IMG/VR virus record: IMGVR_UViG_3300008267_000003 | Span: 32,001-96,000 of that record | Length of the DNA: 64,000 bases | Direction: 5' to 3' (one strand) | Source of the DNA: a virus | Shown: positions 52,226 through 59,335 of the stretch, one piece after another | How positions within the stretch are numbered: the stretch's first letter is position 1 | Layout of the letters: every line of letters starts with the position of its first letter | The notes under the pieces: model-generated | Database searches by the model: none | What the model saw: the letters and a program-made list of their open reading frames with translations, nothing else | What the model was told of the DNA's origin: nothing | Position numbers and translations under genes: made by a program

Positions 52226-52678
52226 ATGGATATAAACTACAATGATTTCCAAAAAGCAATTGCTTGCCTTGTTTCACAGGTCAGAAACAGTAAGATTGAG
52301 TTTGACTATGTTGTTGGAATCTCTCGTGGGGGGCTTGTTCCTGGTGTTGTTATTTCTCACCGTCTTCAGATTCCTTTTCGGGCTGTTGAGTGGTCATTGA
52401 GAGATTCACATAAAAAATACATTCCACCAGACATTGTTGTTGATGCATGGGAAGGTAGTAAAATACTTTTCATAGATGATATTGTTGATAGTGGTGAAAC
52501 TTTCATAACTATACGTAATAAGTTTGGAGAGTCTTTCAAAAATGTTAAAATAGCTTGTGTGGTTTATAATAAAGCACAGGATCTGGTTACTCCGGACTTT
52601 TGGTTCAGACAAATAGATAGAAACGTAGATAAAGAGTGGGTTAACTTCTGGTGGGAGAAAAATGAATCAACCAATTAA
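52226..52678 (+). CDS. Type I phosphoribosyltransferase (purine PRTase-like)
   Basis: 'VGISRGG' and PRPP loop 'LFIDDIVDSGET', 'FWWE'. Confidence 0.85.
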   Translation: MDINYNDFQKAIACLVSQVRNSKIEFDYVVGISRGGLVPGVVISHRLQIPFRAVEWSLRDSHKKYIPPDIVVDAWEGSKILFIDDIVDSGETFITIRNKFGESFKNVKIACVVYNKAQDLVTPDFWFRQIDRNVDKEWVNFWWEKNESTN

Positions 52679-53162
52679 ATATAAGTACGTGTCTACGAAA
52701 GAATATGTAGATGCGTTTCCAGTAGCATACCGTCAGTGGCGTGCTGACTCGCACTGTAACCTTATTCATGGTTACAGTTTTTCGATGAAGTTTTATTTCG
52801 GTACTAATGATCTTGATGTTCGTAATTGGGCAGCTGATTATGGTGGATTGAAAGAGCTTAAAGAAGTACTACAAGATCAATTTGATCACACCCTGCTTGT
52901 TGCAGAAGATGATCCTGAGCTGGAAACATACAAGATTCTGCAGGAGAAGAAGATGGCCAAGCTAACCATTCTTCCTAAACTTGGCTGTGAAGGTCTTGCT
53001 GATCAGCTGTACAAGTATATGAACGGTGTATATATTCCAGACTACTGGGGTGTGGGTGAAGCTAAGCGTTTGTGGTGCTATCGTGTAGAAGTACGAGAGA
53101 CACAAAGCAACATGGCTTTCCGTGAGGGTCATCGTGAGTGGAATGAGGATCTTTTTGCGTGA
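52662..53162 (+). CDS. queD: 6-carboxytetrahydropterin synthase
   Basis: 'HCNLIHGY', 'FDHT', 'GCEGLA', 'VEVRET'. Confidence 0.85.
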   Translation: MNQPIKYKYVSTKEYVDAFPVAYRQWRADSHCNLIHGYSFSMKFYFGTNDLDVRNWAADYGGLKELKEVLQDQFDHTLLVAEDDPELETYKILQEKKMAKLTILPKLGCEGLADQLYKYMNGVYIPDYWGVGEAKRLWCYRVEVRETQSNMAFREGHREWNEDLFA

Positions 53163-53434
53163 TAAAAAGAACACACGTCTGGCTATCTGGTGGAAAGATC
53201 AAAAAGATTCCTTTTGATCCAGCCGGTAGACACATTAGGAGGCAATTTCCTTGGGCACCAGATGGTGTATATGACCATTCTGGATACGAAGTTAGATATG
53301 TTGTTGAGCAAGGCTTCATTATGTTGAACATATCAAAAATGTGGATTGATAACGGAGGTCCAGATGACGTCGACATCGCATTAAGACTTCCATGGGGAAC
53401 CTATAACGATATGCCTAAAAAGCCGCAGAAATAG
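53159..53434 (+). CDS. Hypothetical protein
   Basis: GTGA overlap with the queD stop. Confidence 0.5.
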   Translation: MIKRTHVWLSGGKIKKIPFDPAGRHIRRQFPWAPDGVYDHSGYEVRYVVEQGFIMLNISKMWIDNGGPDDVDIALRLPWGTYNDMPKKPQK

Positions 53435-53440
53435 TTGATG

Positions 53441-53469
53441 TTGACTTAATTTTTATCAAACGTTATAGT
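53441..53469 (+). promoter_or_regulatory. sigma70-type early promoter
   Basis: TTGACT-17 nt-TATAGT. Confidence 0.7.
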
Positions 53470-53484
53470 GGTATCTCTTTTGAA

Positions 53485-53685
53485 ATGGAGGACACTATGA
53501 CATTGAACGAGATCATGCAGGCTATTCACAGTCCTATGATGGCTGATCGTGAAACCATTGAGGAGGCCTTTGAGTATGCAATGATGGTTGCCAAAGCATC
53601 TGACAATCCTATGGCTGTCTTAACAGCAGTCTATGTAATGACAAATACTATTGCTAAGCAGTTGAAGGAGATAGATTGTGAATAA
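53485..53685 (+). CDS. Hypothetical early protein
   Basis: Downstream of the promoter; GGAGG RBS suggests the real start is ATG 53497. Confidence 0.6.
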   Translation: MEDTMTLNEIMQAIHSPMMADRETIEEAFEYAMMVAKASDNPMAVLTAVYVMTNTIAKQLKEIDCE

Positions 53686-53860
53686 CGAGTCTCTTCGCGA
53701 TAACTTTATCAAGGCTGTGAACTGCTTCAAGCACAAGCCAGCAATGCTGAAGCAGACGTTGAAAGATGCAGAGTTATATAAACAACAAGGAATTTTGTCA
53801 GAAACTGATGTTACTATTTTAAAAAGACTTGCTATGAACCACAGTTCATGCGTGTTTTAA
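53678..53860 (+). CDS. Hypothetical protein
   Basis: AAGGAG RBS, GTG start. Confidence 0.55.
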   Translation: MNNESLRDNFIKAVNCFKHKPAMLKQTLKDAELYKQQGILSETDVTILKRLAMNHSSCVF

Positions 53861-53865
53861 AGGTG

Positions 53866-53894
53866 TTGACCTAATTTCGTTAATTGACGATAAT
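53866..53894 (+). promoter_or_regulatory. sigma70-type early promoter
   Basis: TTGACC-17 nt-GATAAT. Confidence 0.7.
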
Positions 53895-53939
53895 GATCAA
53901 GCTGTTAAATTAAATGATTAATTGATAGGAGTTTATATT

Positions 53940-54254
53940 ATGGTAACAAAATCTAAAGTGGATCCGGACACAGGTTATACCCCGGAGCAGCAACTGGAGG
54001 CTTTCAACAATGTATTCTCAAAAAAGCCCAAGCGCAAACTGGCTCGCAATCCGGATCCAGTAGCGACAGAGAAGCCACAGACAAAGTCCGTGGATCTGAA
54101 GACTCAGGCAGTAAACCTGTACGGTCAAGGTCTGAGCGCAAAGGACGTAGCAAAGACTCTTAGCATCACGTATGCTAACGCTTACTACTACAAGCGCTTT
54201 GTTGGTGCAGATGTAGCTAAGGCTCGTCTGGATCAAGCACTGGCTCGAGTATAA
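53940..54254 (+). CDS. Helix-turn-helix DNA-binding protein
   Basis: 'AVNLYGQGLSAKDVAKTLSITYANAYYY'; AGGAG RBS. Confidence 0.65.
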   Translation: MVTKSKVDPDTGYTPEQQLEAFNNVFSKKPKRKLARNPDPVATEKPQTKSVDLKTQAVNLYGQGLSAKDVAKTLSITYANAYYYKRFVGADVAKARLDQALARV

Positions 54255-54284
54255 GTATTAAAGTGGGGTGCGACACTTCAACGC

Positions 54285-54380
54285 ACCATATTGAAGCACA
54301 CTGATCCTCAAGGGCACGAGAGGTGGTGTAACCCTAATGCCGGGTGAAGGTTCGAATCCAGCAGTGTGTTTCAATATGGT
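54285..54380 (+). ncRNA. Long-stem structured RNA element H1 with internal T-loop arm
   Basis: 19-bp closing stem 54285-54303/54362-54380 (one G.U); interior hairpins plus GGTTCGAATCC. Confidence 0.55.
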
Positions 54381-54443
54381 AACCCAACTAACTGTGATAC
54401 CAGTACGACATGCTGGGTAGCGGTTATCATAACCAGAATAGTA

Positions 54444-54571
54444 AAACAGAAACATTCTCTGTGATGTGTGCCTTGCTAGGAAACACAGGTACTTACCCTG
54501 TGTGATAGAATTAGCATTGAGGAGTCACGAAAGTTGAGATAGCGTGAGGGAGACTCAGCATGTTTCTGTTT
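54444..54571 (+). ncRNA. Long-stem structured element H5
   Basis: 15-bp closing stem 54444-54458/54557-54571 with one mismatch; internal hairpins. Confidence 0.4.
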
Positions 54572-54603
54572 GGCAAGATTTTGAAATAAAACAGAAATGT
54601 GCG

Positions 54604-54968
54604 TTCTGTCTCTGCAGAGAGTTCAGCAAGGGTTTGATGCGGTAATGACTTCGACATCATGTAACAGTCAGTTCCTTGTTAGCATTAATATTAATTTAGA
54701 GTAACTGAGGCGCTTCACCTCAGGGCGACCAGTGTGAGCCTGCTTTAAGTAGGACAGCTCGCAGAATCAAAGAAGCAAGAATCCGGTTACTACTTCCCTG
54801 AAAGTAGCGTTTGATTAGCGATAGAGATCCGGTGGCAGAAAACCGTTAGCGAGGCAACCCCTCAGACTCTGATAGGCAGTATCCCTCTGCACACAGACAA
54901 CAGAATAAAAGGGATGGACAGGGTAACAACTCGAGGGAGGGGCTAGCGTGGAAAACAGTAGCCTCCCA
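54604..54968 (+). ncRNA. Unknown ~360-nt structured RNA, copy A
   Basis: No ORF; shares ordered motifs and covarying helices with 60514-60880. Confidence 0.6.
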
Positions 54969-54976
54969 CTAATTCA

Positions 54977-55053
54977 GGGCCGGAAGCTCATTTGGTATGA
55001 GCAATCGACTCATAATCGATCGGCATTGGGTTCGAATCCCAAACGGCCCACCA
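54977..55053 (+). tRNA. tRNA-CAT (probably Ile2; Met possible)
   Basis: Cloverleaf, ctCATaa loop, CCA. C4:G69/C5:G68 pairs as in TilS substrates. Confidence 0.85.
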
Positions 55054-55067
55054 CTATTGGAGATAAT

Positions 55068-55499
55068 ATGAAATCTTGGACATTACCTGTTAAAGAAACT
55101 GAGAACGGTGAACTTTACATTGAACTTAACGATGAAATACTTGAAGGTAGTGGATTCAAGATTGGTGACACATTACAATGGAAAGATCTTAAAGATGGAT
55201 CGTACAGCTTAACTAAAGCTGAGGGTGACCTATATGTTGTTGAAGGTATCAGCATGTTCCATATCAAATTTGTAGTTCGTGCAAAGCAAGCGGAACATGC
55301 ATGTGATGAAGTTGTTATGGATAATGGTTCATTGAAAGAGCTTAGCCAGAAACATATAGACTTTAACATTCTTGGAGCTCGAAAAATCTCTCAGGATGAG
55401 TACCTTAGAATGTTCGACGAGGATAATGACTATCTTCGTAGCTGGACAGATGAACAGAAGTTAGATCTGATTAACGAGATTGATTATGAAAGTGATTGA
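55068..55499 (+). CDS. Protein with N-terminal AbrB/MazE-like domain
   Basis: GGAG RBS, start 55068; 'GELYIELNDEILEGSGFKIGDTLQW'. Confidence 0.6.
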   Translation: MKSWTLPVKETENGELYIELNDEILEGSGFKIGDTLQWKDLKDGSYSLTKAEGDLYVVEGISMFHIKFVVRAKQAEHACDEVVMDNGSLKELSQKHIDFNILGARKISQDEYLRMFDEDNDYLRSWTDEQKLDLINEIDYESD

Positions 55500-55644
55500 A
55501 CGTTGGTACGAGAAGCTGCTAGGATATGACTGGCACTACAGACTCCGTAAACAATTTACGTTTACAGAGTGGATAATTGTGTTTGTTGTGGGCTTCTTTG
55601 CCATATACTTTTTCCTTGATTGGATGATTTACGGAGATCTATAA
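55486..55644 (+). CDS. 52-aa membrane protein
   Basis: MKVIERWYEK...WIIVFVVGFFAIYFFLDW; stop overlaps the next start (TAATG). Confidence 0.55.
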   Translation: MKVIERWYEKLLGYDWHYRLRKQFTFTEWIIVFVVGFFAIYFFLDWMIYGDL

Positions 55645-56309
55645 TGCGTGTATACATTGGACCATACAAGAATTGGGTCGGTCCTTTCCAGATTGCAAGA
55701 ACTATTTTGTTCTGGATGGACAGGGAAGACGATCGTGTGTACAAGTTTGGTGAGTGGCTTGCTGGTAAGGACGATTATTCTTTGTTGATGAGGGCTTGTC
55801 TTTGGGTTGAGAAGTTTAGAAAGCAAAAGATAAGCGTCAGAATTGACAATTATGATACATGGTCAATGGACCATACACTTGCTCATATCATCTTACCGAT
55901 GTTAAAACAGCTCAAGGAAACTAAGCATGGAGCTCCTAACGTTGATGATGATGATGTCCCTGAAGAACTGAAAAGCTCTTCGGCTCCACCTAGGGAAGAT
56001 GAGTGGGATATCGATGGTAACCATTTCAAGCGGTGGGATTGGGTACTTGATGAAATGATATTTGCCTTCGAGTGCAAACTTAATGATAGCTGGGACGATG
56101 AGTTCTGGACTGGTGAATGGGGCAAGTCTGAATTTGTAGAAACTGATGAAGAGCATCTTAATTCGTTGACAAATAAAATGGAAAAGTTGTATACTATGGT
56201 TAATTCAGGTAACCGTACCTGTGATTGGGAAGCGCGTCAGAAAGTTCAGAACCGTATAACCAATGGGTTCAAACTGTTTGGCAAATATTATGAAAATCTT
56301 TGGGATTGA
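55644..56309 (+). CDS. Conserved phage hypothetical protein
   Basis: 'YDTWSMDHTLA.IILPML', 'WDWVLDEMIFAF', 'GFKLFGKYYENLWD'. Confidence 0.75.
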   Translation: MRVYIGPYKNWVGPFQIARTILFWMDREDDRVYKFGEWLAGKDDYSLLMRACLWVEKFRKQKISVRIDNYDTWSMDHTLAHIILPMLKQLKETKHGAPNVDDDDVPEELKSSSAPPREDEWDIDGNHFKRWDWVLDEMIFAFECKLNDSWDDEFWTGEWGKSEFVETDEEHLNSLTNKMEKLYTMVNSGNRTCDWEARQKVQNRITNGFKLFGKYYENLWD

Positions 56310-56310
56310 T

Positions 56311-56841
56311 ATGAACAAATTTTATATTATGATGTTGGTAGTGGCTCTTGGTGCTTGTTCTAGTAATAAGATGACCAAAGTTCCAGAATCAACTGGTCTT
56401 GTTCCAGACTGGTTTGCATCCGAGCCTCAGAAAGACAGTACTGATGTTGTTGTTACTGCAACTGATATATCTAAGGACATGCAGTTTGCAATTGATAAAG
56501 CAATGTTAAATGCACGAGTAGAACTGGCTAACCGTATCAGTACTAAGGTAGAATCAATAGTTCGAGAATCTGTTATAGAAGATAGTTCATCCAAGGTTAA
56601 GGATGTAGAACGTGAGGTTGATCGAGTATCTAAACAAGTTACGGAACAGGTGCTATCAATGTATACACGTGAAAAACTTGTTGTGGTTAAAGAAGGTGGC
56701 GGTTATAGAGCTTATGTAATGCTCAAGCTATCTGAAGATCAAGGTCGTAAGCTGTTCAACAACGCTCGCAAAAGTTCTAAGAATAGAGAGGCTGCTTTTA
56801 GAGAACTTGATTCTGAAATTGAAAGATCAAGAAAAAACTAA
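56311..56841 (+). CDS. Lipoprotein (LPP20-like)
   Basis: Lipobox 'LGAC' after the signal peptide; 'VPDWF'. Confidence 0.7.
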   Translation: MNKFYIMMLVVALGACSSNKMTKVPESTGLVPDWFASEPQKDSTDVVVTATDISKDMQFAIDKAMLNARVELANRISTKVESIVRESVIEDSSSKVKDVEREVDRVSKQVTEQVLSMYTREKLVVVKEGGGYRAYVMLKLSEDQGRKLFNNARKSSKNREAAFRELDSEIERSRKN

Positions 56842-56869
56842 AATATTTTTAGTAAAAGTTTGATTTACG

Positions 56870-56898
56870 TTGACATTTTTTATATATAGTAGTACGAT
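56870..56898 (+). promoter_or_regulatory. sigma70 promoter of the tRNA array leader
   Basis: TTGACA-17 nt-TACGAT. Confidence 0.75.
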
Positions 56899-56926
56899 TA
56901 CTTTTTTTTGCAGGACCATTGGAATA

Positions 56927-57016
56927 ATGATACAGATACATACAACCCCCCAGATTTCCATTAATGGCTTTACGAAGCCAGGATATCGCGCCGACTCATG
57001 GAGCGAGATATCATAG
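56927..57016 (+). CDS. Putative 29-aa leader peptide MIQIHTTPQISINGFTKPGYRADSWSEIS
   Basis: AGGA/GGA upstream; stop codon abuts the antiterminator/terminator hairpins. Confidence 0.6.
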   Translation: MIQIHTTPQISINGFTKPGYRADSWSEIS

Positions 57017-57048
57017 GGTCATAGTATACTCCGTATATTCCAAGACCC
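57016..57048 (+). promoter_or_regulatory. Putative antiterminator hairpin
   Basis: GGGTC..AGTATAC-TCC-GTATATT..GACCC; its 3' strand overlaps the terminator 5' arm. Confidence 0.55.
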
Positions 57049-57074
57049 GAGCAAAACGACTCGGGTTTTTTTTT
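57045..57074 (+). terminator. Intrinsic terminator (attenuator)
   Basis: ACCCGAG-CAAAACGA-CTCGGGT followed by 8 more T. Confidence 0.85.
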
Positions 57075-57075
57075 A

Positions 57076-57087
57076 GCTCTCTAACAA
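57076..57087 (+). promoter_or_regulatory. boxA-like antitermination site
   Basis: GCTCTCTAACAA, one mismatch to rrn boxA GCTCTTTAACA, just before the first tRNA. Confidence 0.6.
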
Positions 57088-57099
57088 TTAGGATCCATT

Positions 57100-57189
57100 G
57101 GAAGCTTGGCTGAGTGGTTTAAGGCAGCGGTCTTGAAAACCGTCGATCGTTTGCGCGGTCCGTGAGTTCGAATCTCACAGCTTCCACCA
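57100..57189 (+). tRNA. tRNA-Ser(TGA)
   Basis: Cloverleaf, long V-arm, CCA. Confidence 0.93.
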
Positions 57190-57260
57190 TATAAAAGTAC
57201 ACTAACCACTACAGTAGGGATCCTGGTGGGGCTGCTACACCCTAGTGTACTTTTATATGG
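57187..57260 (+). ncRNA. Long-stem element H2 between two tRNA-Ser genes
   Basis: Perfect 18-bp inverted repeat 57187-57204/57243-57260. Confidence 0.55.
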
Positions 57261-57348
57261 AGAATTGGCTGAGAGGCTTAAGGCAGCGGTTTGCTAAACC
57301 GTCGATTCAGTAATGGGTCCACTGGTTCGAATCCAGTATTCTCCACCA
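57259..57348 (+). tRNA. tRNA-Ser(GCT)
   Basis: Cloverleaf, long V-arm, CCA. Confidence 0.93.
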
Positions 57349-57363
57349 ACTAAGGAGGAAGAA

Positions 57364-57960
57364 ATGGCAAATATATTTTTAGTTAGCGATACCCATTTTG
57401 GTCATGCTGGTGTTTGTCGTTTCCTTAGAGACGATGGAACCAAGCTTCGGCCATGGGATGATCCAAATGATATGGATGAAGCTATGATTGAAAAATGGAA
57501 CTCTGTTGTCAAACCAAGAGACAAGGTGTATCATCTTGGAGATGTAGTAATAAATCGGAAAGCATTAAAGATACTAGGATTGCTTAATGGTGATAAGGTT
57601 TTAATCAAAGGTAATCACGATATCTTTAAGCTAGAGGATTATACACCTTACTTCAGAGATATTCGTGGTTATCATGTAATGAGTGGAATGATATTAAGTC
57701 ATATTCCAGTTCATGAAAGTAACCTTTATAGATTTGGAACAAATATTCACGGTCATACTCATAGTAACCGAGTAATGAAAACAGTTACTGTGCAAGAGTC
57801 TAGTCCGTATGATCCAAGACCGTATGATGTTAAAAAGCAAGTTATCGATCCTCGATACCACTGTGTATGTGTTGAACAAACTGACTTTGCACCAATCTCT
57901 TTTGAGGATGTAAAGTTACGAATCAAGGCAGAAGGTGGTGACATATCATTTAAAAGTTAA
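57364..57960 (+). CDS. Calcineurin-like metallophosphoesterase
   Basis: AAGGAGG RBS; 'SDTHFGH', 'HLGD', 'GNHD', 'HGHTH'. Confidence 0.88.
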   Translation: MANIFLVSDTHFGHAGVCRFLRDDGTKLRPWDDPNDMDEAMIEKWNSVVKPRDKVYHLGDVVINRKALKILGLLNGDKVLIKGNHDIFKLEDYTPYFRDIRGYHVMSGMILSHIPVHESNLYRFGTNIHGHTHSNRVMKTVTVQESSPYDPRPYDVKKQVIDPRYHCVCVEQTDFAPISFEDVKLRIKAEGGDISFKS

Positions 57961-57961
57961 T

Positions 57962-58039
57962 GCAACGGTGGCAGAGAGGCCCAATGCAAGAGTCTGCAAA
58001 ACTCTAAAACCGTCAGTTCGAATCTGACCCGTTGCTCCA
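57962..58039 (+). tRNA. tRNA-Cys(GCA)
   Basis: ctGCAaa loop, U73, CCA. Confidence 0.92.
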
Positions 58040-58048
58040 GGAGGCTAT

Positions 58049-58294
58049 ATGAGTGGTAAAGGAAGTAAACCAAGACCTTATAGTGTTGATCAGAAAACGT
58101 TTGATTCTAATTGGAATAGTATATTCAATAAGAAGAAAAAGACTGATCAAGAAAAGTTTGATGAAGCAATAATGAAGAATGAATATTATGATAAGCTAAC
58201 CACAGAAGAAGCTTTAACTGAAATGGTTAGGATTAGTGAAGAGATGGGTGCTTATGTTGATGAGCCTATTGAGAACCCATTGATTAAAAAATAA
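58049..58294 (+). CDS. Hypothetical protein ('GKGSKPRP' family)
   Basis: GGAGG RBS. Confidence 0.65.
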   Translation: MSGKGSKPRPYSVDQKTFDSNWNSIFNKKKKTDQEKFDEAIMKNEYYDKLTTEEALTEMVRISEEMGAYVDEPIENPLIKK

Positions 58295-58295
58295 T

Positions 58296-58369
58296 CTCGG
58301 TGTGATGTAATGGTAGCATAGCGATCTCCAAAATCGTTTGTTGCGGTTCGAGTCCGTACACCGAGGCCA
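58296..58369 (+). tRNA. tRNA-Trp(CCA)
   Basis: ctCCAaa loop, G73, CCA. Confidence 0.9.
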
Positions 58370-58377
58370 GAAACAAC

Positions 58378-58472
58378 GGTAGGTAGCACTGGTGTGCGGC
58401 TAGGTCTTATAAGCCTGGGAGAGCGGTCAGATGGGCTGCAACGGAAGAGTTCGAATCTCTTACCTACTACCA
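58378..58472 (+). tRNA. Non-canonical tRNA with TAT anticodon and long variable arm
   Basis: 95 nt; short 4-bp/4-nt D arm, 6-bp anticodon stem, ctTATaa loop, T arm, CCA. Confidence 0.75.
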
Positions 58473-58474
58473 AC

Positions 58475-58549
58475 GCGGATATAATTCAGTGGTAGAATGT
58501 TTGCTTGCCAAGCAAAATGTCGTCGGTTCGAACCCGACTATCCGCTCCA
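58475..58549 (+). tRNA. tRNA-Gly(GCC)
   Basis: ttGCCaa loop, U73, CCA. Confidence 0.93.
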
Positions 58550-58675
58550 CTAACAAGGAGAACCAAAATGGGGCTGTTGCAGTAATCTTTTTAGTTGTTG
58601 TATTGTTATATTTTATTGATAAAAATTCTTAGAAAGGAGTCCTGTTATGGACAGTGACAAGAGTGATAAGATGAT

Positions 58676-58752
58676 GGGTGCGTAACTCAACTGGTTAGAG
58701 TAATCGGCTTTTAACCGATAAGTTGTGAGTTCGAGTCTCACCGCACCTACCA
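58676..58752 (+). tRNA. tRNA-Lys(TTT)
   Basis: ctTTTaa loop, CCA. Confidence 0.93.
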
Positions 58753-58836
58753 TATACAAACACATTCAAACACATAATGACGCCCGGGGTTATGGATTAC
58801 TGTTACGAGGATCCAAGAGTGTGTTTCTATATGGTA
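58748..58836 (+). ncRNA. Long-stem element H3
   Basis: 20-bp stem 58748-58767/58817-58836 (one C.C, one U.G) enclosing two hairpins. Confidence 0.55.
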
Positions 58837-58841
58837 TCTAT

Positions 58842-58915
58842 TGGGGTATAGTGAAATGGTATAACAACTGGTTTTGAGCCAGTCGTCCTTGGTTCGATTC
58901 CAAGTGCCCCTGCCA
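58842..58915 (+). tRNA. tRNA-Gln(TTG)
   Basis: ttTTGag loop, 1:72 mismatch, G73, CCA. Confidence 0.9.
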
Positions 58916-58921
58916 AGTATT

Positions 58922-58996
58922 CGGTCTTTAGTAAAATGGAGATTACGCAACGCTACGGACGTTGAGGTGTGGGTTCGATTCCTGCAAGACCGGCCA
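58922..58996 (+). tRNA. tRNA-Arg(ACG)
   Basis: ctACGga loop, CCA. Confidence 0.9.
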
Positions 58997-58998
58997 AT

Positions 58999-59074
58999 GG
59001 TGTCTTTAGTGTAGTGGCCTGCATTCGAGTCTGTGAAACTCGAGGTACGAGATCGATACTCGTAAGACACCCCA
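58999..59074 (+). tRNA. tRNA-His(GTG)
   Basis: G-1:C73, ctGTGaa loop, CCA. Confidence 0.9.
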
Positions 59075-59076
59075 AT

Positions 59077-59152
59077 GCTGCTTTAGCTGATGTGGTCATA
59101 GCAGGTCCCTGAAGAGGACATGAACTAGGTTCGATTCCTAGAGGCAGCACCA
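59077..59152 (+). tRNA. tRNA-Phe(GAA)
   Basis: ctGAAga loop, CCA. Confidence 0.9.
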
Positions 59153-59162
59153 AAGTTTGAAT

Positions 59163-59247
59163 GGGAGTGCGGCGCAGTTAGAGAGGCGCGGCTGACTGTA
59201 AATCAGTTCTTTCGGGTGAGTAGGTGCGAATCCTTCCACTCCCACCA
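59163..59247 (+). tRNA. tRNA-Tyr(GTA)
   Basis: ctGTAaa loop, V-arm, CCA. Confidence 0.9.
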
Positions 59248-59251
59248 ATTT

Positions 59252-59326
59252 ACCTTCGTAGCTCAGTGGTAGAGCATTCGCTTGATAAGCGAAGGGTCAG
59301 TGGATCGTTCCCACTCGAAGGTACCA
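59252..59326 (+). tRNA. tRNA-Ile(GAT)
   Basis: ttGATaa loop, CCA. Confidence 0.9.
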
Positions 59327-59335
59327 AAGGATATT

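Noticed and set aside
54599-54968. Group II intron (GTGCG at 54599, terminal purine/pyrimidine hairpin resembling domain VI)
   Set aside because: No domain V (AGC triad hairpin), no interrupted gene or RT, and the paralogous copy B lacks GTGCG at its start.
58252-59153. Minus-strand ORFs 58252-58473, 58747-59070 and 58953-59153 (also 54258-54455 and + strand 61163-61405)
   Set aside because: They are shadows of tRNA/ncRNA genes, with no RBS or protein features.
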